From NCBI RefSeq assembly GCF_001194135.2, contig NC_068982.1:12492633-12556632 (forward strand): a stretch of 64,000 nucleotides of DNA. The letters run 5' to 3'. The notes beneath the pieces were generated by a model. The model had not been told where the DNA came from. It was given only the letters and a program-made list of their open reading frames with translations, and searched no databases. Shown piece by piece: positions 11,591-25,356 of this stretch (within the stretch, counting starts at the first letter, position 1; each line of letters begins with the position of its first letter). Source of the DNA: Octopus bimaculoides (Eukaryota). The position numbers were made by a program, and so were the translations under genes.

Positions 11591-12334
11591 CTGGTGCAGA
11601 AGTATGATCTTGAAGTAGATTCTAGAGGCATGCTTTAACAAAAGCTAAGGGATGTCTCACATCCAGTAGTCTTCTAGCATGCTAGGCACCAACCCAGAGT
11701 TCCTGGGACCCATGCTTACTAGTTACTCTATGTTGCTTAGGAGAACATAAAGATGGAATTTTATAATTCATATTTATCTGGAAATTTCCATAAAACAGTA
11801 GAAAAATCCAGTAATATTCAACGCAGTATTTATCTTTAATATGAAGTTATTAGACTGTATTTCTAATTGTTACAAATATTTACTAATGTTCTGAACTTCT
11901 ACTTCTAACAAATCTTGCTATATTCATTCATCTTTTATTACTTTAAATAAGATATATATTTGGATAGAAAATGGAGAGGAAATTGTTTACTGTCTTTCTG
12001 TAATCTGATATGAATAAATTGAAGCTGGTTATTTCAGTAAACTTGTTGCATTAAAATTGTATACATCACTAGTAAAATCTTACAAAACACATCAGTTTTA
12101 CTGTTAAGTTAATGACAAGGTTTCTTATGCTGGAATACATTTCTATTAGTTAATTTTAACATTTAGCAACTAGTATTGATCTGATAAAATATATTTATAC
12201 ATTTATAAAGACTGGTAAAAAGAATGGTTAACAAGAAGTGGAAATTATTTGAAAACCTTGGCACTATTTATGTCAGATGGAATCTCCATAGAAAATAATA
12301 GTATTTTGTGTACAAGTGTTGCATTGTATTATCA

Positions 12335-12663
12335 CAGTGGCTCTCAGCTGGGGTTCATATGGCCCCTGAGGGTCCATATAAGATTTCTGGGGATCCACAC
12401 AACAAAATAGTTAACTGGAGATTCACAATAGTATTTTAAGGGACCCCTGAGAAAGGTTTTCTTAGAATATATTGCAAGAAACAACCAGGTTTGTTTAATA
12501 TTTTACATAGTTCAACCTAGATGAGTTAATGTGTTGAAAACAAAATAGGAATTTTAGAAGTGTCTATAAAGTTAGGTTTCAAACATTAAATGGCTATAGG
12601 GGTCCACCAGAATAAAATAGTAATCAAAGGGGTCCATAGATAAAAAATGGTTGAGAACCCTTG
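12335..12663 (+). mobile_element. hAT-type MITE
   Basis: TIRs cagtggctctcagc / gttgagaacccttg. Imperfect 8-bp TSD tattatca / aattatct. Confidence 0.7.
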
Positions 12664-12884
12664 AATTATCTGAAAACATTAAAGATGAAAGCTGAGTAAA
12701 GATAAGCATAGGTAAGCAGTTTGCTTTGAAACTGTATGTTTTTAGGTTGGGTTGAGTCCCACTGTGTGGCTGACTAATGACTTGTGAGTGAATTTTGTTG
12801 ATGAAATAGGGCAGAAGCTCATCATATAATGTATGTGTTTGTTAGTGTGTGTGAGTGTGCGTGCATGTGTTTGTATGACAGACT

Positions 12885-14790
12885 ATTAAATATGGTGAAT
12901 GCATGAGAGAAAAAAGGGTCTTCACAACGTAGAACCAACAGTGGGACCAGTTATCTTAGCGACACCAGTATGTCAGATAAAGCACTTAAGACTATGAGGG
13001 CTGGGTAAGGCCCTGGTCCATCAGGAATCCCCAGAGATGCTTAAAATACCTGCTGAGGAGGATGTGGTTTAGTCCCTCATAGAGTTAATTAAGTTGTACA
13101 AGAAAGTGCTATCCCCCCCCCCCACCAAGTGATTGGCAAAGCTATATTATTTGAAGTTACAGGGGTAAAGGAGATGCCTCAGACAGAAGTAATTACAGAG
13201 GTCATGAAAAATATGTAAAGTGTAATTTATTAGGAAGAAAATGAAATTATATGAGAAGCATTTGGTTTTGTGCCAGAGAGAAATACTACTCTTTGTAGTA
13301 AGACAACTGTAGAAGTATTTTACAAAAAAGTAAGCCATTGTATTTGGCATTTGTTGACCTCGAGATAGCCTTTGACAGCTTCCCTTTGCTCTGTGGTCTG
13401 GTGGTGTCTGTGGAGTCTTTTGGTAGATGAATAGGTTCCATTCATATGAAAGCCTTGTAAGCCATGTGCATAGGTGCTGTCAATAAGATTTGAGGGAGCT
13501 ACAATTACATCAATGAGTTTAGAGTACAAGTGGGAGTTCATTAGCCTTCAGTTCTCAATCCTCTTCTATTCTCCATAGTACTCTGGCCATAGCAAGAATT
13601 TGGGAACTTCTATGTAACGATAACCTCATTCTCATAGTGGACTCTGTTGAAGAATTAGAAAAGAAATTCCAGGTGTGGAATCAAAGAAATTTAAAGTTAG
13701 CTTAAAGCAAAAGCCAGAGTTCCACTAATCAGGGAAACACACAGAACACTTCTCTTTTCAGGAAAATGGCTCTGCTCAGTATGCAGGACAGGTGTCGGTA
13801 GAAATTCCATGTAGTGTTGTCAGTGCTTGTTATTCCATTGTACGTAAGGTGCACAATCAGAAAAATACAATGAAGATTAATGGAGAAAGTTGAGTTTGAG
13901 TGTGGCAGATGTTCTGGAGCAATAAACATGAAGTACACACAGGAAATAGCTACTCTAAAATAGCCCAGGAGGTTCCATAGTGGTAGCAGAGAGCTCCTGA
14001 TGTCTAGATAACCTAATTAGTAGTGGAGGAGGATGTTCTGAAAGGATAGTTGCTGTAATAAGAATAAAAAAGAGTAAGGCGTCAAGCTGGCTGAAACATT
14101 AGTAGCATGCCGGGCGAAATGCTTAGCGGTATTTTGTCTGTCTTTACGTTCTGAGTTCAAATTCTGCCAAGGTCAACTTTGCCTTTCATCCTTTCGGGAT
14201 CGATAAATTAAGTACCACTGGGGGTCGATGTAATTGACTTAATCCCTTTGTCTGTCCTTGTTTGTCCCCTCTATGTTTAGCCCCTTGTGGGCAATAAAGA
14301 AATAAGAAAGAGTAAGTTTAGCTAGTTATTACCTCTGTGGGTAGCGAAGTCCCACCCTCAGAGTGAAAGGCAGATTGTATCGTGTTTGTGTATGAATAGT
14401 AATGCTACATGGTAGTGAGACATGGGCTTTGAAGGCAGAGGACATGCAAAAACTAGAAGAGAATGAAACTACTATGCTCCATTAGAAATGCTGTGCTTGT
14501 GTGCATGTGTGACAAAGTGTAAGTGTGTTGAGAAAAAAATTGGGAATGAGAAAAATAAGGTGTAGTATGCAAGAAAGTAGACTGAGCTGATATGGTCACA
14601 TGATATGTATGAATGAGAACAACTGTGCAAAGAAGTGCCAATTACTAAATGTGGATGGAACTTGGGGAAGAGAGAGACTTAGGAAGACATGGGAAGAGGT
14701 AATGAAGGCTCAATCTATTGAGCCTTAGGAAGGAGATAACAAAGGATCAACATGACTGCTAATTGTCTGTACTTGAAAAGACCCATCTTT
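12885..14790 (+). mobile_element. Decayed RTE LINE (RT through C-terminus), interrupted by a SINE
   Basis: FGFVP..TLFVVRQL.KY..K.KPLYLAFVDLEIAFD (RT), a Cys-rich insert GKWLCSVCRTGVGRNS..ECGRCSGAI, and SWYGHMICMNENNCAKKC..TWEEVMK. Many stops and frameshifts. Confidence 0.85.
14076..14320 (+). mobile_element. Nin-domain SINE inserted in the RTE
   Basis: tRNA-like head and Nin core. TSD aataa(a/g)aaagagtaag on both sides. Confidence 0.85.
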
Positions 14791-16124
14791 CACTGTAAAT
14801 GTGTGGCCTTATAACCCTTATGTTTATGTTTTTACACTTCCTGGGCCCTGACTCTGCATCCAATTAGTCCCCATCAAGCCTTCCCCACCTCTCATCTTCC
14901 TCACCCATCTCTCATTTCTTCTATGACACTATTCAGCTGTTGCAATCTTATGACAGGAAATTCTGCATACATTTTATCCCTTCTGTGTGCTGCCAGTGAT
15001 GGTGATGGTGATGAGGATGATGATGATTTGTCCCATCAATTTTTGCCAATTATTAATAAAAGGATGTGATTGTGATGTTAACAAGATGTTTGAAATACAT
15101 CCTGTGTCTTGGAAAATTAAACATTTACAGATATTTCATTTGGTTTTGGCACAGAAATGAATAGCTACAGTTTTTATATGTTAAATAAACTGCAATTTCC
15201 TTGATATTTAAATGGATATAATTTATTAGCATATCCTTTGAAGTTAAATGAAACAAACTGGATGTTATGGTAGATGTAACACTTACAAAAAAAAAAAAAA
15301 ATGAACATGTGAGCACTGAATACAAAATGATATTTCCTCTTTGGCAAAATAAGAAATAAAATGTTTAATTCTTTCAAGATATTTTCAATTTCTGTCTCAA
15401 ATGTTTTTTAATACTCTAAAAGATTTTAATTATATTATACAGAAATGCTATACCATGTAACATTGCCTTTAATTTGTATCATTAATTTCAATATTCTTGT
15501 CCTTAAGAATGTTCACATGGAATACAATTAATTTAATTTTTCTTTTTAAATTGTAAGCATTTGAAATTAACATATCTCAAATAAAAGACATGGTTTCCAT
15601 TGTTATTATTAATATTGTTGTTGCTGTTATATAACTGTTCAGCATTTGGTAGTTTGAGGCAAATTTCTACTGCATCACCTGCTCCACCTCTGTGTTGCAG
15701 GGGTGTATGCAGCATTGTGTGTTCTTTTCTGTTATTGGGAGTGCACAAAACACTTCCCGGTATTGTATAGTGTTAGTTTTTTTTTCTCTTGAGGTGTGGT
15801 GCAGTCTTTTGTTGTGTAACTGCTTGTATTGTGTGTTGAGTGTGTAATGCATTGGTTATCTATCTTGCTGGTGGAAGTTTGTTTCATTGGGTTATTGCTG
15901 TATAGAGTGTGTCTTGTATTTGTAGGTTGTTTTGCTTAGGTTGTATTATTGGATTGATAGTGTCTTGCATAGGATGTGTGCTGTTCATACCAGGGCTATT
16001 TTTTGGACAGTGTGTAGTATTGAGGATCCAGGTATAGCTTCTACGTTTTTGTTCATGTGTTGTTTTTTTTATCATGCCCAAATACATACATACATACATA
16101 CATGCATACATATATGCTAACACC

Positions 16125-16275
16125 ATGTCAAAAGCACCCAGTAGACTTTGTAAAGTAGTTAGCATTAGGAAGGGCATCCGGCCATTTAGACCATATGGAA
16201 ACAGACACTTGGAACCTGGTGCCTCCAACCCATGCCGGGCATGGAAAATGGACGTTAAATGATGATGGTAATGAT
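16125..16275 (+). mobile_element. RTE 3' tail
   Basis: aaaagcaccc..ggaagggcatcc..ccaacccatgcc..ggacgttaaatgatgat. Further + copies near 32340-32485, 38460-38655, 49440-49690, 55590-55900 and 61480-61690. Confidence 0.8.
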
Positions 16276-16481
16276 ATATATATATATATATATNNNNNNN
16301 NNNNNNNNNNNNNNNNNNNNNNNNNNNNNNNNNNNNNNNNNNNNNNNNNNNNNNNNNNNNNNNNNNNNNNNNNNNNNNNNNNNNNNNNNNNNNNNNNNNN
16401 NNNNNNNNNNNNNNNNNNNNNNNNNNNNNNNNNNNNNNNNNNNNNNNNNNNNNNNNNNNNNNNNNNNNNNNNNNNNNNNNN

Positions 16482-16517
<36 letters not shown>

Positions 16518-16554
16518 TTTATATATATATATATATATATGAGTGGTAATGGTG

Positions 16555-16745
16555 TCATTAAGACCTAAAGTTGTCAGATACTATTGGATTTTGTTTAACC
16601 ATTTTCTCACACCGTCTCCGATGAAGGGATATAATAAATATCCTGGAAACAGCTGTAAAACTTTCTACTTATAAATGTTCTAAAATCTTCACAGCCTTGG
16701 TTTTTTTTTATCTCATTCTGAAAAAAAAAAATTGTTGTCTATATA
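16555..16745 (+). mobile_element. Penelope-like pLTR copy (family A) with mutated hammerhead at 16614-16661
   Basis: gtct CCGATGA agggata..tatcctg GAAACAGCTGTA aaac. Homologous to the two arms within 27833-28436 and flanked by (TA)n. Confidence 0.65.
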
Positions 16746-17273
16746 TATATATGTATAAAACCCATGCTAGCATGGAAAGCAGATGTTAAATGATGATGAT
16801 ATATATATATACATGCATACATATTAATAGGCTTCTTTCATTTCCTACCAAATTCACTCACAAGGCTTTGGTCAGTCTGGGATTATAGTAGATGACACTT
16901 GCCCCCCAGGTTTTCTGTTATAGAAAATACATCAGTAGAAAATCAATTCTCTTCAAAGTTCTTTTTGAGAGAACAAAGAACCTTGCACTAAGTTACAGAC
17001 ATTCCCTTGTCACTCTCGACATCAGAAGTGCAGTGAACCAGTGATTGCCCCATTGAAAACCTGTAATCATCGATATTATTGTTCACGAATTGTGATATAA
17101 TATATCTGTGAAAAAAAAGAATATATAGGGAGAAAAAATATAAAAGAAATCTAAAGTGCTATTTTCTTGAATTGTGTGTATTTGAATGCAATGTATTCCA
17201 ATATTTTGTTGTGCTATAATAATTCCCAAGCCTGATTACAAGTATTTAAGCATTATATGTTTCACTCCAACAG

Positions 17274-17604
17274 AAGATTAATAATATTCAGCAAAATTAA
17301 TTTAGCTTTGTCAGTAGGAGAATTCATTCATCCTCAGCTATATTATAACATTAAATTTATTGGACAGCAATTCATGAAAGTAATCCCATTGTATTATGAT
17401 ATATGCTGTGTCCAGCTATTTTCCTATTACTAACTGGCATCAAATGACAGAAAATTGCTAATATATTACCTTAGAATTATGATTAAAATCTCTTTTGAAT
17501 GTGTTCTTTTTTCAATGAAATTGAAAACTATTTGAAGAAATTTCTGTACTTCAATTTATTTAATTTATTTCGCAGTTAGTGAACAATGGTATTGCTGGTC
17601 ACAG
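17274..17604 (+). CDS. Candidate exon pair 17274-17379 and 17576-17604 (RLIIFSKINLALSVGEFIHPQLYYNIKFIGQQFMK|LVNNGIAGH)
   Basis: Acceptors gtttcactccaacag and atttattttcgcag, donors AAA|gtaatc and CAG|gtaact, in-phase join. No homologue recognised. Confidence 0.25.
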
Positions 17605-17764
17605 GTAACTAATGAGATTGGTTCACAGTATTTCTGATGGCAAGAATGTCAAGGGAATATTTGTAACATAGTGCAGAACAAATATAACAATGGATTTCAT
17701 CTGAAGCACACCAAGTTTTAATTTTCCAATGCAAATGTTGAAGTCCTTAACAATATACATCAAT

Positions 17765-18205
17765 GAAAGACAAAGATGTGCATACATGCCATAGCCACGC
17801 ATAATAAAAAGGAATACTGGTGGAATATACCAGTTAAGATCTCAATAAAATGTAAGCACAACAGACCTGATATAGTGATTTGGGATAGAGAAGAGAAACT
17901 GTGCACAGTTGTGGAAATTAACTGCCCAGCGGATGTTAACATAAAGCTGAAGATCAGTGAAAAAGAGGACACTTATGCTGAATTATTGAGAAATCTGCAA
18001 TTACTCTATCCAAATTACAAGTTCAGGTTTATATCTGCAATTACTAGAGCCCTGTGATATGTAACACACTGCCTAAATACCAATCTTGAGAAATTAGGCT
18101 TCTCAAAACCAGAAAGGAGAAAGCTAATTTGAAGAGAACAGATCCAATCCATCACTGGAACTGTAAAACCCTGTAAAACTTTCCAGAAGTTTATCATTTA
18201 AGATA
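17765..18205 (+). mobile_element. R4/Dong-clade LINE C-terminal REL endonuclease remnant
   Basis: KHNRPDIVIWDREEKLCTVVEINCPAD..EKEDTY carries the PD-(D/E)xK REL motif. Continues through stops to GTVK.CKTFQKFII*. Confidence 0.9.
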
Positions 18206-18515
18206 TATATGAACATGTCTAGATATGCAACTATATGCATATTAAACTAGTTACAGGCTGAAGGTCTGTGTGTTTATATAGCTTTTGATAAACAAATAAA
18301 TATATTTCTCTATGGAATGTTTTAGAATGAATTATAATAATGTCATGTGGATAATTCAAAAAATTCAAAAGTTTGCCTGTTATGTTGTTAAATAAGCAAA
18401 TATATAAACAAATATTTAGATATATATGAATAATAATAATAATGATAAGGATTATTATGAAATAGCATTAGCATTACCTTTAATTTATGTTTATATATAA
18501 ATACAGCCTCAAATA

Positions 18516-18598
18516 GATCTACATATGTTTCGACTGCATCAGTTAAGTAACTTGTAATTGCAACTTCACTATAATAGCAGTGCAGTTTCTTCACGGTC
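18516..18598 (-). ncRNA. Degenerate hammerhead motif with palindromic stem III (ACATATGT)
   Basis: Minus strand: gacc gTGAAGA a actgca [long loop] tgcagt c GAAACATATGTA gatc. The first core base is altered. Confidence 0.45.
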
Positions 18599-18679
18599 TT
18601 CACTGTAATATCCTTTGAGGTTTAACTGGTTAAAGTTTTATGTTGATTTTCTTTGTGTTAAATGATTATATATATATGG

Positions 18680-18910
18680 AGAACCCCTTCGGTCATGACT
18701 GACCATGGGATTGCACCTAGAAAGTTACCCTCCGAGGCACAAGTCTGGGCAAGGTTGTTTATGGAAGACCAGCAGTCGCCCATGCATACCAGCCTCCTCT
18801 CTTCATGCCACTGATGTTATCCAAGGGAAAGGCAAAGATCGATACAGCTTAGCACCAGTGACGTCGCAACTCATTTCTACAGCTGAGTGAACTGGAGCAA
18901 CGTGAAATAA
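18680..18910 (-). mobile_element. SINE body and tail (CORE-like start, 5' truncated)
   Basis: The reverse complement begins ttatttcacgttgctccagttcactcagctg, shared with the 5241 SINE, and continues into a different GC-richer tail. Confidence 0.6.
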
Positions 18911-19521
18911 CCCACCCATGCCAGCATGGAAAATGGATGTAAAATTTGCATCACTGTCTGAATATAGTAAATAAAGATTTAGATTGAAGCAGAAATATGA
19001 TCCACTGGATTGCTTTGCATTACAATTCTTGCTGCAAGCCTGTTTTCTGTTGTATCATAAATTATGTAGAGATCAGCTTCTTTTATGCATATTTAATAAA
19101 TGGATAATTTCAAAGCTCTTGTTATCCATTGCATCTGACTTGATCACTCCACAGAAATATTCCAAAGTGAGTTTGAGATATTCCTGTGAAGTACTTCAAT
19201 CAAACTCTGTGCTTTTGAGTCAAGGAACTAGATATGTATTTTGTTGTTTAAGCTTGCTCAAAATAACAGCCTGTCTTTCTCAAATCATTCCTTGTTCTCT
19301 TAAATATCAGGGTACATTCGATAAGATAGCTTGAGATATCTGAATCAAAGATGGGATGGTCACAGTTGGAGCATCTTTGATCTTAGATGTGCTCTTTTAT
19401 AGCTCAAGTAAAGCAAAACAGCAGTAACAACTCTTTGCTATTTTCTATGAGAAAGACAAACCATTTAAGAGGATGATCAGTTCAAATAAATCCATTGAAG
19501 AGTAGCCTCAGTCTATATTTC

Positions 19522-20560
19522 TTTTAACACACCATAGCAGAATACATACTCTTGATTCCATTTGTTGTTGTCGATAGTAATGGAAGATATATATAGCTAT
19601 AACACACAACTTCAAAAATATAATTACAATGCCACATGATTTAAGCTATCAATTCAACTGTTAAACGCGATTACTGGGAGAGTAGTGCTCATGTGATTTA
19701 CTACAAACGGCACCAGAAGGGTTGAAATTATATCAATCTCAATATTTGAAGACAATCAAAAGTAACAGTTATCAATCTATGGCTTGTAGTATATTTATGA
19801 AAGGGTCATGAAATCAAAGTCTTTAACTTTTGAAGTATTTGATGAATGGTAATAAACCATAACCATAGGGACTACAAGACTATATTTTTTGTCAACAAAA
19901 AAGTGAAGAAAATTTTCGTAAGAAAATTTTAAGTATGTACAATTTTTGGAATTCTCTTTTCTTTTTTTTTACAGATTCAGTGAAGATTATCAAATTGCTA
20001 AAATGGATCATGGTGTTAGAGAATTGAGAACCACTAATTTAAGGAGTCATAAAGAAAAAATGTCAGTGTCCAGAGAAATTTAATAAAAGTCATCATTGGT
20101 TAAAAAAAAAGGTTATTCAATGAAGTTCATCAATTTGGATAATTTGCATGATGTGAGATGAGAAAAACCTTGATGTTTCATGTGAAGCCCTTTATCAGAG
20201 AGGAAAAATATTGATTTTTGCTTGAAGCATCAAGATTTTCATATTACCCACAGTATAGAAACTTTATGTTTTACAAGAGAATAGTCAGTTCAAATAAAAC
20301 TATTGCAGAATATCCTTAGTCTAGAGAAAACAATGTTTAACACACTGGTGCCAGAATGAGTGCACTAGATTCCATTTATCATATTCAATGGTAATAGAAA
20401 GTGTAACATACATAACTGTAAAAATATAATTACAATACCACACAAATTAAACTATCAATACAATACAATTGTGAAACACATTTAATAGGATTTACTAGGA
20501 TTTCGTTGAACATGCAATTGTTAGAATTTGTAGTGCAGCATTGAACAATAGAAGGTTTAT
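19522..20560 (+). mobile_element. Two decayed copies of one MITE-like element (about 19522-19720 and 20336-20560)
   Basis: Shared tttaacacac..gattccattt..aaaaatataattacaat.ccaca..ctatcaat. TTAA-CC..GG-TT-like ends. Confidence 0.45.
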
Positions 20561-20769
20561 CACAAATAAAACAATATCACAATGTCACAATATTGATCAG
20601 GCCATCAGATACTGTTATACACTGCTGATCACAATGCACTTCCAAGTCTGCCTTGATTGCACCATTTTTTTTCCATCTTGACCCAAATTGTTTGACCGAA
20701 TCATCTTCTTGCTGTTGTGGAAAATAAAGAAGTATTTCAAATAAAAAGAATAGCTTTCTCTCTTTATTT

Positions 20770-21170
20770 TGTTAGTTTCTTTTATTCTTTTATTCTTTTA
20801 TTCTTTTGTTTGTTTCGGTCATTTGACTGTGGCCATACTGGAGTACTGCCTTTAGGTGAACAAATCGACCCCAGGATTTATTCTTTGTAAGCCTAGTACT
20901 TATTTCATCGGTCACTTTTGCTGAACCACTAAGTTACTGGGACGTAAACACACCAACATCGGTTGTCAAGCAATGGTGTATATATACATATATACACATA
21001 TATATACAATGGGCTTCTTTCAGTTTCCATCTACCAAATCCACTCACAAGGCTTTGGTTGGCCCAAGACTATAGTTGAACTCACTTGCCCAAGGTACCTT
21101 GCAGTGTGACTGAACCTGGAACCATGTGGTTGGGAAGCGAGCTACTTACCACACAGCTGCGCCTGCACCT
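20770..21170 (-). mobile_element. Full bipartite CORE-like SINE
   Basis: Reverse complement of 3530-3935 including the internal TA-rich linker. Another full minus copy lies at 39775-40195. Confidence 0.85.
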
Positions 21171-21204
21171 ATGTTTGATAGAGATATATGATAAAGGTAG
21201 GGTG

Positions 21205-21206
<2 letters not shown>

Positions 21207-21298
<92 letters not shown>

Positions 21299-21300
21299 TT
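21207..21300. repeat. (CT)n microsatellite, representative of many (TA)n, (CA)n, (GA)n, (AAT)n, (GAT)n, (TATG)n and (TATC)n tracts
   Basis: Read directly. Other large tracts at 5600-5660, 28720-28822, 35993-36062, 42485-42720, 55832-55896, 57492-57560 and 59297-59450. Confidence 0.99.
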
Positions 21301-21499
21301 GTCTGGGATATTAAGGAATAAATCATAAGAGCTGTCAAGCGTCTATATAAGAGGAATAAATATTGTTATTGTTTAGCCACAGGTCAACTCTTATTGAACA
21401 GACCAATACTCAAAGGTATTGCAACTATGACCATCCTGTCTTTTTTGGGTTATCGACAATTACATTATCCAATAATGCCTTTTATTATTTTAGATGCAA

Positions 21500-21710
21500 T
21501 CAAGGCAGAATTGTTAGCATGCTGGGCGAAATGCTTACCGGTATTTCATCTGCTGCTACATTCTGAGTTCAAATTCCGCTGAGGTTGACTTTGCCTTTCA
21601 TCCTTTTGGGCTCGATAAATTAAGTACCAGTTGAGTACTGGGGATGATGTAATCGACTATCCCCCTCCCCCAAATTTTAGGCCTTGTGCCTATAGTAGAA
21701 AGGATTATTT
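21500..21710 (+). mobile_element. Nin-domain SINE
   Basis: Head and Nin core. TSD-like attattttag on both sides. Confidence 0.8.
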
Positions 21711-22364
21711 TAGGTGTGATTTAAGGGATATTTGGCTGCTGTTTCTAGCAAGTCAAGCAACCATACAGATGCTCTCACATTTGCTTATGTATATGAAGTA
21801 AATAAATGAAGTCCCTTGTCAGTGATGAAGTCATTGTATAAGTGGGTTCTCACTAATGATCGCATTTCAGCTCTTTTTTAATGCAATAAGTACCTGCATA
21901 TCTAAATTTTTGGTTTTAAAAGATCCTAGACTTAAAAGAGGAGGAAGGGAAGATCCCATAACCTTGTTCAGGGCCTCTGAAGCATGTAAATGGGATCTTG
22001 TCCTTAGAATAGAGACGTGGCGAGCTGGACTTGACTATAAACGCAATATTTAATATACCAAATGAAACCAGAAAATATCAAAGTCTGAATCTTGGAGGAG
22101 ATAGGGACTAAAAGTAAAAGATAAAATATTCCAAATTGATAGCATCATGTTTTCAGTGATTGTTTTGAATAGCACAATGTTTCAATCTATATTGTAGATA
22201 ACATATATTTCATGCAATGGGTTTATACTGTGCAGGAAGTAGGTCAGTACAACAACACAGGATGTATGCTACAAAGAAACTAATATTGAACAAATTGAAT
22301 ACAAAACTGACGGCTTGAACAACCTTCTTGCCAAATCAAAAACAACAACAAAAAGCAAATTCAA

Positions 22365-22827
22365 CCCTTTCGTTACCAACCTGGCTGAAATTGCCTCTGG
22401 CTCTGAGTACAAATGACTTGTGTTCATAAGTTCTGAATTAAATTCTTCCACCAAACTTTAGTCACTATTTATTTTCCTATCACTAGCTTAATGGTAACTA
22501 AGCTATTTTACTAAATTCTTTGTTATATTTAAAATTAATATAAAGAAATACAGAGCATCTCAGAATAAATATGGTAACAAAAGGGTTAACAAATGATTAA
22601 TTTAGCCCTTTTGATACCTACCCACCTGAAACCACCTCTGGCTCTGTGGTACAAATGTCTTGTTTTCATAAGTTCTGAATTAAAATCTTTCACCAAACCT
22701 TAGTCACAATTAATGTTCCTAACACTAGCTTAATGATAACTAAGTTATTTTACCAAATTCTTTGTTGTATTTAAAGTAATTGAAAGAAACACGGAGCATC
22801 TCAAAATAAATTACAGTAATGAAAGGG
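22365..22827 (+). mobile_element. Two adjacent piggyBac-type MITEs (22365-22585 and 22606-22827)
   Basis: Each has CCCTTT..AAAGGG ends followed by TTAA, and the interiors are homologous. Confidence 0.8.
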
Positions 22828-25311
22828 TTAAAGTCGACTTCTGTTTCTTGTTGAAATGGATCTTAGCAAGCTAGATGTTCACTTCATTATAGTGTCTTGG
22901 GAAAATCCGTGTCCTTATTTGTCTCTTGCATATTTGCATGCTTGTCTCATCTGATGAGTTTTAAATCAAAAACATCCACAACTTTTGTCATTTGAGTATA
23001 CAAGAATTAAACTTTATTTCCAGTAACAAGGTTCCCATGACAAACCACTTAAACCCCACCTTTATGAACTGTTTCTACTCACTAATTGTTAACACAAACC
23101 ATTAACAGTTTACACTTTACTTGGATCCTGCTGTTTACTTCCTACACAGTTTATTTTCTGTACATTATCAGGTGTAAATTCCCAAACATTTATTACCTGC
23201 AGGATTCCAATTAATTTATCCAATGTACCATGGACTTATTGTACAAATATATATTAACTTAAGTGATATTTAAATTTATTCTTAATGACATCCATATGAA
23301 ACTGAACTTGATGTTAGATTTAATGATAGCATTTCAAGTTAGTATTATAAATTCTCATTCTTTTCTATATATTCATTTTACTAAAACAGAAACTCTTTTT
23401 GATAAGGGTTTATGATTTCTACCCTCACACTATTGATGCCTTCCATTCCTGACCCTGTTGCTCCACTGCTTATAAAAATATTTTGATTTCCAATTTTCAA
23501 TGATTCTAATTTGTAGGAGTTCTCTTGATTTTCCTTTTGTATTAGTTCTGGTTTTCTTTTGTAAGTCCTGTTTTGCTTAAATAGAAATAGTTCTAAGTTA
23601 GCAGCTATGATTAAAACGAAGCAAAATTAAAAGAAGTAATCTTGTTTGCTAGACATAAAGGGTGCAGTTAATTATTCATAGCTATTCAGTGAGTGGAAAT
23701 GAATGTTGTGAACTCTGATACCAGAACTTTAGATAAACTAGATTTGAGTGGGTAATGACTTGAAATTATTTAGTACAAGGAAGCTAACGAAGTGACTGAA
23801 TACCAAATGTATCAGGTAACAATTCAGTGAGCTTAATCCAAAGGAATAAATATATTTACAAAGATCAATAAAAGGTTGGGTATCTGTGATAGGGGTAGAC
23901 AAAAAATAGAAAAAGAAAAAAAAAAATCCACTTCAGAAGATATTTCTCAATCAGAGCTGAAATGCTGGACTTTACATATGGTTTGGCCAAATATTATGAG
24001 GCAGGAAATTATTTAATGGAGCTGACTGAAGAAACCAATTCTGACATTATAAAAAGAATGTTAAAATTACAACAGTAAAGATAATGGTTATAAGGTTATA
24101 AAACAATGTGTGTGTGTGTGCATGCACAAGTGTGTGTACACACACCCACACAAAGAGATGCACACATATATGAATACATATCAGGCAAATGAACTAAGTA
24201 TGGTATTGTTTTGTTGAAAGACAAAGACTGATTGTTGGTAAGCAATTAGACTTTATTAATACATGGCTTTGTATATTAACAAAAATTGTACATCTGAAAG
24301 TATTGAATGAAAAATTATGAAGTATTATGTAATGCTTTACAAAAGAGTTGGAATAAAATATAAAGAATGACATTTTTCAAATACTTTTGATTGCCAAATT
24401 ATTAGAAGGACAACAAAAAATATAAATATTAACATCTCACATGTATTCATAAATTCATAAATGCCTTTCACATTTATTCATTGCGTCTTGATGTGCTCTT
24501 TTGAAATCCGAGATTATTTAGATGACTTGAATATATATGAGAAAATCAGGAAAAAATAGATGTGGTAGTAATAATAGTCTTGAGTACTTGAATCAATTCT
24601 TTGGCTTAGAAATGATAGTATTTCTAAAGGTTTAGTGACTAAAAAGACAATAGAAACCCTATTGGAAATGATGATAGCATCTGACATTATTTATTAAGCA
24701 ATTCTTTGCACTATTGGATAATAGACTTAGAGTATCTATTGTGAAACAGCTAAAACATTTTCCAACTATTAGCTCTGTATAATTGACATCATATTTGAAG
24801 TGTTTATACGTTACTTTCTAACAAAAGAATTAAGCAATTTTATAACATCATACAATTTGTAGTTTTCAGAATAGTTTTATTGTTGGCAAGATTAATAATA
24901 TTGTGGAAATGTAAATTGTGATTTGGATATAATTTGTCTTCACTTTTGTAGAGATGAGTGGATTAATCTAAATTTTATTTATGATTAAATTTGGCAGAGA
25001 TATTTTCATTCTTCCTCTTGTTGAAGTATAAACTGCCATAAGTTGTCAAGATCAATTCTGTTAAAGGTATAAATTTTCTGATATAACCATCAGATAATAT
25101 ATTATTATTTTCTTTTTCGTTGTCTAATTTTACATCATAAGTCACTTCTGGTTTAGTAGGAATATGATAAATTGATATTTAATCTTAATTCCAGCTAAGA
25201 AAACACAGACAAGATTAAAACTACTATTGTATTTAAAAGTAGACATTTACTGACAAAAAAATAAAAAATATAAAAAATAAAAATATTTTGTGTGTGTGTG
25301 TGTTTGGGTGT

Positions 25312-25356
<45 letters not shown>

